DNA from: Coraliomargaritaceae bacterium
GTDB taxonomy: Bacteria > Verrucomicrobiota > Verrucomicrobiia > Opitutales > Coraliomargaritaceae
Reading direction: 5' to 3'
Length of the DNA stretch: 64,000 nt
Assembly (NCBI GenBank): GCA_965656495.1
Contig: CBFHKU010000003.1
Coordinates: 96,001-160,000, forward strand
Below are positions 42,925 to 52,800 of this stretch, one piece after another. The notes under the pieces are model-generated. The model was given only the letters and a program-made list of their open reading frames with translations, ran no database searches and was not told where the DNA came from. The translations under genes were made by a program, and so were the position numbers. How positions within the stretch are numbered: position 1 is the stretch's first letter; every line of letters begins with the position of its first letter.

Positions 42925-43509
42925 ATGTTCAAAAAGCTGCTACCCCTTATAGCTTTTTTAGTCAGTTCAATTAGCCCATTGATCGCGGAGGAAGCGATTA
43001 CGGTGGATCGGGTTAAGTTCAATACCGTGGGGGATCGCTGGGTGCAGGTGGAGATTGAGCTCACTTGCAATGGCAACCCCGCTCCGGATGCGGTCAACAA
43101 GGACTACGTGGAGAAAATCAAGGTCAAGCCCTTGTTGGCGTATCGCACCAGCTCCGGAGAATATAGTTTCTACACCTCGCAGGTAGAGATCCTCATTATG
43201 GAAGCGCGGGATAAAAACACCGTCTACTTTTACATGCCCGGTCTTATTATGGAGCGGGATGAAATTCGTGGAGATCCGGAATTTCATTATGTTGAAATCT
43301 CAATCGCGGGGCAGGTGCAGGATCCGCAGAAAGGACCTGCCATGGGGAATATCACAAGCGAGGCGATGTTAAAGAACATGCAGTCCAAGGCGGAGGCTCA
43401 ATCGGAAGCAAATAAAGATATCCTCATTCCATCTTATTATGCGCCGCTGCAATACCGTGGCGATTCCCGCAAAGAACCGGTCTATCTGCGGCGCGACCCA
43501 CAGTCTTAG
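42925..43509 (+). CDS. Secreted protein, first gene of the pilus-like cluster (Amuc_1102-like by position)
   Basis: Signal peptide; beta-rich; directly upstream of the PilM-like gene. Confidence 0.55.
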   Translation: MFKKLLPLIAFLVSSISPLIAEEAITVDRVKFNTVGDRWVQVEIELTCNGNPAPDAVNKDYVEKIKVKPLLAYRTSSGEYSFYTSQVEILIMEARDKNTVYFYMPGLIMERDEIRGDPEFHYVEISIAGQVQDPQKGPAMGNITSEAMLKNMQSKAEAQSEANKDILIPSYYAPLQYRGDSRKEPVYLRRDPQS

Positions 43510-43561
43510 TCGCAGCCTTCAATCCAAGCATTTCTTAAAAAACGTTTCCAACTTTTAGTCC

Positions 43562-45226
43562 ATGAGCAATTCTTCCCGATTAATCATCAACTGCGGCGCC
43601 AGTCGTGTGACTGCTGCCAAGGTAAATGCACAGTCCGGAAACGTGAAGCTCGAGCAATTGGCGACCCACTATTTGGAAAGCGATGCCGTCACGGATGAAA
43701 ATTGGATCGACGCGGTTGGAGCCGCCCTCAAAGAACTGGCGCGTTCCAGCAACTTACAGGGCAATGCCACTTTTATTCTTCCCGGCAATCAGGTACTCAC
43801 TAAGACCATCAAGATCCCCCATGTTGAGGCCGAGAAGCGGGCCCAGATAATTGCCTTTGAAGCGCAGCAAAGTATTCCCTATCCATTACACGAAGTCGTT
43901 TGGGACAGTCAGGTTATTGGTGATGATGGGATCGAGATTGAGGTGCTTTTTATCGCCTGCAAAATAGATACGATTGAAACCTTTTGCGCTGGAGTCCGGG
44001 CGGCGGGTCTCACCGCGGAAGGCATCACCGCCGCCAGTATTCTGGAATACAACCTCCTCGCCTTGGCGGACCCCGGTGCCAGCAGTGACGACCTCGTTAT
44101 CAACATCGGCGCCCGCACCACCAACCTGCTTTTCCGCAACGCCGACGGTTTCTTTGTGCGCAACCTCTCGCTCGGTGGGCAGGTCTTGAGCCAGAGCATT
44201 GCCGATAGCCTGGGTAAAACGCTGGAACAAGCCGAGGCCATCAAGCTACAATTCTATAACCGGGAAAACGAAACGCTGGAAGACAGCAACGGTGCGAAAG
44301 CTCTCACCGATAGCGCCGACGCCTTCATGCGCCGGATCTCACAGGAAGTCACTCGCTCCATCGTTAATTACCGTCGCCAAAAAAATGCACCCGCACCGGG
44401 AAGAATTCTTTTGAGCGGTCGTGGATCACAGGTGCGTGGCCTTGCGGAATTCCTGCACAACAGCCAAAAGGTTCCGGTTGAACGGCTTGACCCCCTTGAA
44501 CACGTGACCGTCGAGGCCGGCGTCACCGAAGAACCGGAAACCCTACGCGTCCTCCTGCCGCAGATTGTCGGTGAGGCATGCCGCCCCTTGATCGAGAATG
44601 GCGCCGGGGTAAACCTCCTCCCCGAAGCGGTGCAGGACGCAATGCGTTTTGCCAAGCAGAAACCCCTCCTGATGGCGGCGGCGGTTTGTTTGGCACTGGC
44701 TCCCTGGCCCGCTTGGAAAGTCTTTAACGATAAAGTAGCGGCCTGCGATTCCCGGATCGCGGAATTGCGCAGCGTCGCGGCGCCCTACCTTGAACGCAAG
44801 ACAGAGATCGAGCAAAACATCCAAAAAACGGAAGCGGTCAAGGATTCCATCGAGCGGGTTGAAGGCTTGGTGCAATCCAAGAGTAATTGGATTCAATTCT
44901 TTGCCGAGATGCAGGAAAGCATGACAAGCGCCGAGGACGTCTGGCTCGATGATTTAAAAGTCATACGCGAAGCAAAGGACGGCACCTCCAGTTACGAAGT
45001 CGCACTCGAAGGACAGATGCTTGTGCGTGAAACCGCCAACGGGTCTGCGGGTTTGGATCGCGACGTGCTGACGCGGCGCATTCGCAGCCTGATTTCCAGC
45101 CTTGAGACCTCCGCATTTATAGTGGATTCCAAGCCGCCCCGGATTCGCTGGTCCATGCTCAATGAAGGACTCAATGTTCTGCCTTTTGAAATCAAACTGG
45201 TTGTCGATCCGACCAAGCCCCTTTAG
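43562..45226 (+). CDS. PilM-like actin-fold protein fused to a PilN-like domain (Amuc_1101-like)
   Basis: FEAQQSIPYPL.EV.WD, VINIGARTTNL, AEAIK, ILLSGRGS; then VNLLP, a TM helix, coiled coil and VWL. Confidence 0.85.
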   Translation: MSNSSRLIINCGASRVTAAKVNAQSGNVKLEQLATHYLESDAVTDENWIDAVGAALKELARSSNLQGNATFILPGNQVLTKTIKIPHVEAEKRAQIIAFEAQQSIPYPLHEVVWDSQVIGDDGIEIEVLFIACKIDTIETFCAGVRAAGLTAEGITAASILEYNLLALADPGASSDDLVINIGARTTNLLFRNADGFFVRNLSLGGQVLSQSIADSLGKTLEQAEAIKLQFYNRENETLEDSNGAKALTDSADAFMRRISQEVTRSIVNYRRQKNAPAPGRILLSGRGSQVRGLAEFLHNSQKVPVERLDPLEHVTVEAGVTEEPETLRVLLPQIVGEACRPLIENGAGVNLLPEAVQDAMRFAKQKPLLMAAAVCLALAPWPAWKVFNDKVAACDSRIAELRSVAAPYLERKTEIEQNIQKTEAVKDSIERVEGLVQSKSNWIQFFAEMQESMTSAEDVWLDDLKVIREAKDGTSSYEVALEGQMLVRETANGSAGLDRDVLTRRIRSLISSLETSAFIVDSKPPRIRWSMLNEGLNVLPFEIKLVVDPTKPL

Positions 45227-45231
45227 TTCCA

Positions 45232-46230
45232 ATGGATAGCATTAAGAAAAATCCGGTTTTTGCGGCAGTGATGCTCGTTTGCCTACTCGTCTTTTTGGCG
45301 GGGGCGGCACTTGCCTTTATGGCAGCGGGTGCAGTTGCCAAATCTGACAAAAAATTGCAAAGCGCGGAGCGTGGCCTCGAGGCGGCGCATCGCGGAGACC
45401 CGGCACCCTCGCAGGATAGCGTGGAGGCCTCCGCTCAAAACCTCGAAGCTTTGGTAGAGCAATTGAAACGCATTCGCACGGACCTCGAGCGCGGTGCCAG
45501 TCTCGTACTCTCCAATGACGGCGTGGTCGTCATGGCATCCATCCAGCAATTCATCAGCGAGGCAAATTCCAAGCTGAAGGCGCACCAACACATGAACAGT
45601 GCCACCGAAACAATGGAGGCGGCTCCCATCAGCACCCGCGACGGTTTCGCATACGGCTTTGATGCGTATGCCGATGCCGCCACTATCCCCGCCGATCCCC
45701 GAGTGGTTCCTTTGCTCGACAAACAACGTCAGATTCTAGGTGTCCTCGTCGATAAACTCATCGCGGCGCATCCACAGTCCATTGAACTCATGGAGCGCGA
45801 GGCGCTCGAAGCGACCGGGCCGGCAGAAAGAATTCCGGGCACCTTTGAGATTGATCCCGCCGCTACCGCGCGCGTGCCCGATGCCATTGAGACCCTCGCC
45901 TTTCGCGTCAGCTTCAAGGGTTACACCGAATCGCTCCGTCTCTTCCTGAATGAACTGGCGAAATTCGACCTGCCGATCGTGGTCCGCAGTGTGGAAGTCG
46001 AACGCCCTGCCGGAAGCGATACAGTGGATGCCAAACAGGCGGAGAAAAAAGACAGCCTGGAGTCCATCTTCGGGGTTTTCGGGATGGAGGATGCCGCTGA
46101 GGAGGAAGCACAGCCTGAGGCTCAAAAGCCCGTCATTACCGACAACATTTCCACCTTCACCCTGCTGCTTGAATTTATTGAAGTCGTCTTGCCTGCCGAA
46201 ACCCAAACTGAGGAAGGAGATGCCGCTTAA
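45232..46230 (+). CDS. Pilus-associated protein (Amuc_1100-like, PilO-like fold)
   Basis: N-terminal TM; F.YGF..Y; FRVSFKG..ESLR.FLNEL....IVVRSVEV; position in the cluster. Confidence 0.7.
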   Translation: MDSIKKNPVFAAVMLVCLLVFLAGAALAFMAAGAVAKSDKKLQSAERGLEAAHRGDPAPSQDSVEASAQNLEALVEQLKRIRTDLERGASLVLSNDGVVVMASIQQFISEANSKLKAHQHMNSATETMEAAPISTRDGFAYGFDAYADAATIPADPRVVPLLDKQRQILGVLVDKLIAAHPQSIELMEREALEATGPAERIPGTFEIDPAATARVPDAIETLAFRVSFKGYTESLRLFLNELAKFDLPIVVRSVEVERPAGSDTVDAKQAEKKDSLESIFGVFGMEDAAEEEAQPEAQKPVITDNISTFTLLLEFIEVVLPAETQTEEGDAA

Positions 46231-46235
46231 ACGCC

Positions 46236-47135
46236 ATGAATCGCTCCTACGATAAAATTCTTTTAGTCGTCGGTCTGTTGGCGCTTGTTGCCAGCACCCT
46301 CTTTTATTTTCTCAGCGGTTCTCCGCAGGCCGCGGAATCCGTCCCGCCGGTTGAGCCGGTTGGCGCTCTCTATGCGCCGATACCCACTCCGAAAATGACA
46401 TTGGTCGATGCCGTCTGGCCGGAAGCCGGCGAGCAATCCACCGGATGGATCTACGATGTCTTCACCCCGCCGAAAATTTATATCAACCTCGAGACCGGTG
46501 AATGGGTCAGCGAGGGCTGGAAGCCGCCTCCGCCACCCGAGCCCTTTGGTCTCTATCTCGCAGAATTGGAACGGGCGCGTTACCGCATTCAATTGTTGGG
46601 TTATATTGAAGAGGATTTCAAGGACGCCAGTAAGAGCCTTCTTTTGATGGTGGATCTGGAATCAGACAAAAACCTGCGGGTGCGGGTCGGCGAATCCGTT
46701 GAAGCGAGTGACTTTGAAGTCATTGATTTTAGCATCGAACGCGTATTCGGCGACGACGGCAGTATCACCAAGCGTGCCACCGCTACTATTATGGATTCGC
46801 GCAGTGGTGAAACGCTTGAGCTGACTCACGGTCAGCCCCTCTATACCGATGGGGTAGTGATTCTACTGCGTTCTGAAGAAGATCCTGCGCTCGAATGGCG
46901 TCCCGAAGCGGTTGGGGCTACCCTTCAAAATGAACGCGGCAGCTACAACCTTGCGGGCATTGATTTCGAGGCCGCAACTTTAACGATAGAAAAGACTTAC
47001 CCCGATAGTGAGCGTGAAGCCGAGACTCAAACCCTTGCGGTTCAAGTAGCGGACAGCACCGATGCCATCGAAACAGAAAATAACGAATCCGCCGACGCGG
47101 AACCTGAAACCACCGTCTTTGACGGAATGTTCTAA
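46236..47135 (+). CDS. Pilus-system protein (Amuc_1099-like by position)
   Basis: N-terminal anchor (SYDKILL); lies between the Amuc_1100-like gene and the secretin. Confidence 0.55.
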   Translation: MNRSYDKILLVVGLLALVASTLFYFLSGSPQAAESVPPVEPVGALYAPIPTPKMTLVDAVWPEAGEQSTGWIYDVFTPPKIYINLETGEWVSEGWKPPPPPEPFGLYLAELERARYRIQLLGYIEEDFKDASKSLLLMVDLESDKNLRVRVGESVEASDFEVIDFSIERVFGDDGSITKRATATIMDSRSGETLELTHGQPLYTDGVVILLRSEEDPALEWRPEAVGATLQNERGSYNLAGIDFEAATLTIEKTYPDSEREAETQTLAVQVADSTDAIETENNESADAEPETTVFDGMF

Positions 47136-47189
47136 AATATACAAAAAACATAATTGCCTCTCATTCATCTTTAAACGCTAATTCAAATT

Positions 47190-49769
47190 ATGAAAAAATA
47201 CGTCCTCGCTAAAAAAAGCCTGCTCGCGGTCCTTATGGCCGGTCTGATGACGGCATCATTCATTTCCTTACCCAGCGCAGCCATTGCGCAAAGTGCGTCT
47301 GAAAAGGTCCGCATCATGGCAGAGGCCTTGCGTGCCCGCGATTCAGGTAATCTTGCTCTGGCTAAGGAGAAAGCGGAGGAGCTCATACGCCTCGTGCCGA
47401 ATGACACCAACGCCCAGCGCGTCCTGGCATCCATCAACAGCGAGATGGAGCGCCGTGATTCCGGTGAAGCTCTCTATGGAGCGACCACCTTGCCTGCCAA
47501 CGCCGCTGAGGCGGATGCCGGTTCGGTTGCGCTTGCCGCGCAAGCCGAAGCCGATCGCCTTGCCGAGGAAGCCGTTGCCGCACAGGAAGCGGAACGCCTT
47601 GCCGCCAAGGCCCGCACCGAAGCACTCCTCAAGGAAGCCAAATCGCTTGAGTCCGCAGGGGACTACGAAGGGGCCCGCGCTCAGCTCGATGAATATTTTG
47701 CTGCAGGCGCCAATTCCCGCACCGCCCGCAATCTTGATGCCAAACTCGAGCGGATTGCCAACTCGCCCGCTGGAGTTGAAATGGCTGAAGTCAGCCCCAA
47801 GTTTGTTGCTGACAGCGAAATTGTTGAGGATCTCCTTCTTAAAGGCCGCGCCCAATTCCTGAACGGTGACTACGATGGCGCTGCTGCTACTTTCAAGGAA
47901 GTCGAGGCCCGCGCTCCCAACAATTCCGAGGCGAAGCTCTACTCTCAGCGCATCGCCCAAGTGGTGAGCGCGATTCATAAAGCCAATCTCTACAAGACCC
48001 GTGAGCAAATGCTAGCGGAGGTCGATCAGCAGTGGGAGCGCCCCAAGGTCTTTGACATCTCCGCCTCCGACGCCGCTGCCGATGGCGGTGACAGCAGCAC
48101 CCAACGCAAGCTCAACAGCATCGTTATTCCTCAGGTTAACTTCTCCGGAATGGAGCTCACCCGTGTGATTGAGACCCTCTCGGAACTTTCCCTGCAATAC
48201 GATCCCGCCGGCGAGGGCGTCAATATCGTGGTGCTCTTTAACCCAAACAACACCAACCCCAGCGTCAATATCAGTCTCCGCAACCTCAGCCTCGACCGCA
48301 TTCTTCAGTTCGTCACCCAGCAGGTCAATTTCACCTATGAGGTCGGTTCGGATGCGGTCACGGTGGCACCCAGCTTCGGCCCGGAAGGCGGTCAAAGCAC
48401 TGTCACAGAGTTCTTCCCCATCTCGGCAGGTACCGTGATCCGCCTCACCGGTTTTGGTGACAGCGCCGCTTCCGCCGGGCCGGTTGATCCCTTTGCGCCG
48501 GTCGCAAGTTCGAGCAGCGGTCCTTCTGCCAACGAAAAGACCGAAGCCCTGCAGTCCTTCTTCCAGCGCGCCGGGGTGAATTTCGAGCTTCCCGGAGCGA
48601 GCCTTGCCTTTGACGGCGAACAGCTCATCGTGACCCAGACCCGCCAAAACCTCGACCGGATGCGCGCCATTCTTCGTAATTACAGCGAGGTCAAGCAGGT
48701 CGAAATCGAGGCGAAATTCCTTGAAGTCGCCCAAAGCGATCTCGAGGAGCTCGGCTTCAACTGGAAGGTTACTCAAGGAGGCTCTACCGTCGCGGATTTA
48801 GGGCTACGATCCATTAATTCAGCATTCTCAGTAGATACAAACACTAGTAGTATCAGCATCAATCGCCCCGCTAACATAGAAAGAGACGGCTTTGGAAGCG
48901 TAGTGTCAGAGACTGAAGAACTGAATTTAGTAGCTCCGGTTACTCCGCCTGTATTGCCGCAAGCTCTGGATTACGCTTCGAATGTGACTGCCAGCGCTTT
49001 TAGTAAGACCGGCCTAATACAATTCAATAATTATGACTTGGATCTGGCGATTCGCGCGCTCTCGCGGAAGACCGGTAGTGATTTAATGAGCGCCCCCAAA
49101 GTGACCGTCCTCTCTGGTAAGCGAGCCACTATTACGGTTGCGCAAGAACTTCGTTATCCTGAAAGTTATGGAGATATAGAAGCGCCTCCGCCTCAATCAT
49201 CTCGAGATGGAACAGGCAGTGGCTCCATCGCCATCACAGCCGGTACTCCTGAGGATTTTACTGTTCGCAATGTGGGTGTGGAGTTGGCCGTGACTCCAAA
49301 TGTGGAAAATGACGACACCATAAGCCTCGTGCTTGAACCCAAGGTCACCGAGTTTGAAGGATTCGTAGAATATGGTGGTCCCAGTGTGGCTGTTACCGGC
49401 GATACTACCGTTACGGTGCCATCTGGATTCTTCCAGCCGATCTTCTCGACTCGAGAAATTTCCACGGAGGTGACTATTTTTGATGGTGCGACTCTCGTGA
49501 TGGGTGGCCTCACCCGCGATGAGGTCAAGAGCGTGAACGACAAGGTGCCGGTGCTCGGTGACATCCCGGGCGTGGGTCGTCTCTTCCGCTCGGAGGGCGA
49601 GACCCGCCAGAAGCGCAATCTCCTCATCTTTGTGACTGCAAATCTTGTGAGCCCCGGCGGTTCGCTATCTCGCCAGAGCTATGACAACGCCAAAGCTAAC
49701 GAACTCTTTCAAAATCCAATTATCATGACCCCTTCAGGAGCGGTCAACCGCACCATAGAAGATAACTAA
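47190..49769 (+). CDS. Outer-membrane secretin with N-terminal TPR (PilQ/GspD family, Amuc_1098-like)
   Basis: QVEIEAKFLEV, LMSAPKVT, VGVELAVTP, DGATLVMGGL, DKVPVLGDIP.VGRLFRS and LLIFVT motifs. Confidence 0.93.
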   Translation: MKKYVLAKKSLLAVLMAGLMTASFISLPSAAIAQSASEKVRIMAEALRARDSGNLALAKEKAEELIRLVPNDTNAQRVLASINSEMERRDSGEALYGATTLPANAAEADAGSVALAAQAEADRLAEEAVAAQEAERLAAKARTEALLKEAKSLESAGDYEGARAQLDEYFAAGANSRTARNLDAKLERIANSPAGVEMAEVSPKFVADSEIVEDLLLKGRAQFLNGDYDGAAATFKEVEARAPNNSEAKLYSQRIAQVVSAIHKANLYKTREQMLAEVDQQWERPKVFDISASDAAADGGDSSTQRKLNSIVIPQVNFSGMELTRVIETLSELSLQYDPAGEGVNIVVLFNPNNTNPSVNISLRNLSLDRILQFVTQQVNFTYEVGSDAVTVAPSFGPEGGQSTVTEFFPISAGTVIRLTGFGDSAASAGPVDPFAPVASSSSGPSANEKTEALQSFFQRAGVNFELPGASLAFDGEQLIVTQTRQNLDRMRAILRNYSEVKQVEIEAKFLEVAQSDLEELGFNWKVTQGGSTVADLGLRSINSAFSVDTNTSSISINRPANIERDGFGSVVSETEELNLVAPVTPPVLPQALDYASNVTASAFSKTGLIQFNNYDLDLAIRALSRKTGSDLMSAPKVTVLSGKRATITVAQELRYPESYGDIEAPPPQSSRDGTGSGSIAITAGTPEDFTVRNVGVELAVTPNVENDDTISLVLEPKVTEFEGFVEYGGPSVAVTGDTTVTVPSGFFQPIFSTREISTEVTIFDGATLVMGGLTRDEVKSVNDKVPVLGDIPGVGRLFRSEGETRQKRNLLIFVTANLVSPGGSLSRQSYDNAKANELFQNPIIMTPSGAVNRTIEDN

Positions 49770-49793
49770 TCATAGGAATCTTTTTGAAAATAA

Positions 49794-49830
49794 AGCCCTT
49801 CTGGCTTTGGTCAGGGGGCTCCTGTTTTTA
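49794..49830 (+). terminator. Possible intrinsic terminator after the secretin gene
   Basis: Imperfect hairpin agcccttctgg...tcagggggct followed by cctgttttta. Confidence 0.45.
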
Positions 49831-49870
49831 TCTTTGAAATAAAAAGTTATGTAGGTATAATGTATTTAAT

Positions 49871-52800
49871 ATGAAATTTAAAAAATATCATTTCGGGGTT
49901 TTCTCTATTTTATTGATCGCAATCTTTGTTGTCAGCTTATCCCTTTTTGAAAATTCCAATGATCTGCAAAAAGACTCAGGCGAGAGCACACAATCCTCGA
50001 GCACTTTGCCAAATGAAAATTCAGAAAATGAATGGAATGAGGCTGGGACATCGAATTTAAAGCCAGTGACAGCAGACAATGATGCGCTGACAGATGAAAG
50101 TCCCGAGTTTGAGAAGCTTGTCACAAATCCCCTTGAGGTTGCGCGTAAACGGTGGTTGGAGGAGAAAATTATCAATAAAAGTGAGGATAATGGCTACTAT
50201 CGCACTACCTTTTACAAAGCTCATGATTTTAAATATTCGAAGATACGTGTTGATGAAACTTACGACTTAAACCCTGATACAAATTCGGAGGCGCGATTAC
50301 TTTCACGCGCTGCGTATGTGGCCGACCATTTTCTTATTCGACTCCGCAAAGATCAGGAAGGCCTTGTCGATGCAATGCTGGCAAAATTTCCGGAACTTAA
50401 AATACGAAAAGAACTCGATACAAATGAGCACGTGTTGCTGGAGTTTGACTTAAATCACTATGACATTGATCTCTTTAACTTTTGGTCGGCGCGGCTTCGC
50501 GCCTACGGACTAAATGCGGAGAAGGATTTTATCACTAGTGCTTCGCAGGCCACACCTTTTGATCCTGGTTTTGCCCAGCAATGGGCACTGCATAATACCG
50601 GTCAGGATGGTGGTACTGACGATGCAGACATTGATGCGATCGAAGCATGGGAAATACAACAAGGCAGCTCTGACGTCATTGTCGCTGTGCTGGATAGCGG
50701 TGTTGATTTGGATCATGTGGATCTTGTCACCAATCTTTGGACTACAACGGTAAACGGAAACATCATACGTGGTTACGATTTTGTGAATGGTGGCACCAAT
50801 CCAGAAGACGATCACAATGCAGGGCACGGCACCCATGTGGCGGGTATTATAGGTGCTAAGCCGAATAATTCACGCGGCATTGCCGGAGTAAACTGGAATG
50901 TTCGAATCATGCCGATTAAGGTGTTAAATGCGAACAATGTAGGGACTACTTCTGATGTAATCGCTGGTATCAACCGAGCGGTCCTATCCGGAGCTAATAT
51001 TATCAATATGTCTTTGGGTAGTGTTGGCCCGGGGAGTAATGATGATTCGGATTCTTACTATTACGCTTTAAAACAAGCGCGTGACCATAATGAAAATGGG
51101 ATTCTCGTAGTGGCTTCCGCAGGAAATGGTAATGGCTCCGACAATGACACTTTTCCCAGATATCCCGCTTCTTATGATTTAAACAACATCATTGCAGTGG
51201 GTTCATCGGATGATGATGATGCTATGGCTGGGCATTCAAATATTGGCGCGACATCCGTAGATCTCGTCGCACCGGGCGAAGAGATCTACAGTACGCTACC
51301 AAACAACGAGTATGGCGATTTGACTGGCACCTCGATGGCGGCTCCTCATGTCGCCGGTGCGGCGGCTTTACTCCTGGCGGAAGACCCAAATCAGAGCTAC
51401 GAGGATTTGCGCACACGCATTTTGAATTCAGTTGATAAGAAAGATGCTTTTAAGGATGTCACGGTGACGGGGGGTCGCTTAAATTTAAATAATGCATTAG
51501 CCGCTTATGGCGGCGCGCAGGTACAAGCAACAAATATCATTTTAACGCCACTTGGTAATAATGATGACTTTTGGACCGAAGGGGAGCCGTTGCAGATAGA
51601 TGTTGGTATTAAAAACTTTGGTGGTGGTAACGCGACCAACATTGTGATGAATCTGGAGATTACTCAGGGAGGTAATTATGCGACCATAACATCAGCTGCT
51701 ACCTCGCCCATTAACAGTATAGCAAACATGGCACCTAACCAAGAGGCCTACCTCTCAGATGCATTCCAGTTGACTGCAGGCAATTTAGGGGACTTTGATT
51801 TCGAGCAGGAGGTTGAGATAAAGCTCACGATAAGTTGCACCGGTGGTCTAAGTACAATAGCGTATAAAGACGCTGTGATATACCAGACTGCTTCACTTTC
51901 TGGATATGTCTTCGATGGTGAAGATGGGACTACGCCCATCGCTGGCGCTACCGTTAAATTGAGTGCGAATTTATCAGCGCTGGGAAATATTGAACTTGAG
52001 GAAGAGACTGCAGCTGACGGATCCTACAATTTTTCACTATTCACAGGCTTGGTTTCTGTGAACGTTGAGGCCGTTGATTATGAGACTTCTGCCACCAAGG
52101 TGTTCGACTTAACGCCAGCGGATCCAGACCAAACGCATAACTTTGAACTAGGGGTGAGTCGCTTTGCGGTGCGTACCCCAACCATTGAACTCACGATTCC
52201 GCGCGAGACGACGCAGCGTGTCCCTGCATTGATCGAAAATACCGGGACATCGCCAGTGCCACTTTTCTTTAATTCGCAAGTTTCAGAGTCTAACAACTTT
52301 TATATTGGTCAGCAGCTTTTTGGATTGAAGGGAGTCGGCACAAACACACCCACTTTGGTTTTGATTAATCAATATTCATTGCAAGCAAGCGAGGAGATTT
52401 CTTTAAATCTGCCCGATGGCCATTTCGCTGTTGATGTAACATATTTTCAGGGTGGCGTCTGGATCTTGACTACGAGTGATACTGGAGCTGCTGCTCTGGT
52501 CGAGTATAGCGGAGAAGATTTTACATTTTTGCGGCAAGTTGATTTGGATATCGCCAATACGAGTGCGGTCTCAATCGAGGGATTACTGACGATTCCCTTC
52601 CCGGATACGGATGCCGAGAGCGGAAGGACGGAAGTTTTGGGGCTCCTTGTACGTCGAAGGCTCTTCTTTTTTGATCCTTTTCTCTACCGCGTGAACCCCG
52701 GTGCCATTGATAGGGCAGATCTCACTATTTCTGTTGCTGAAGTAAATGTTAATTTCCTAATTTTCGGCGATAGAAGCTTCTATTTCGGAGCCTATGGCGG

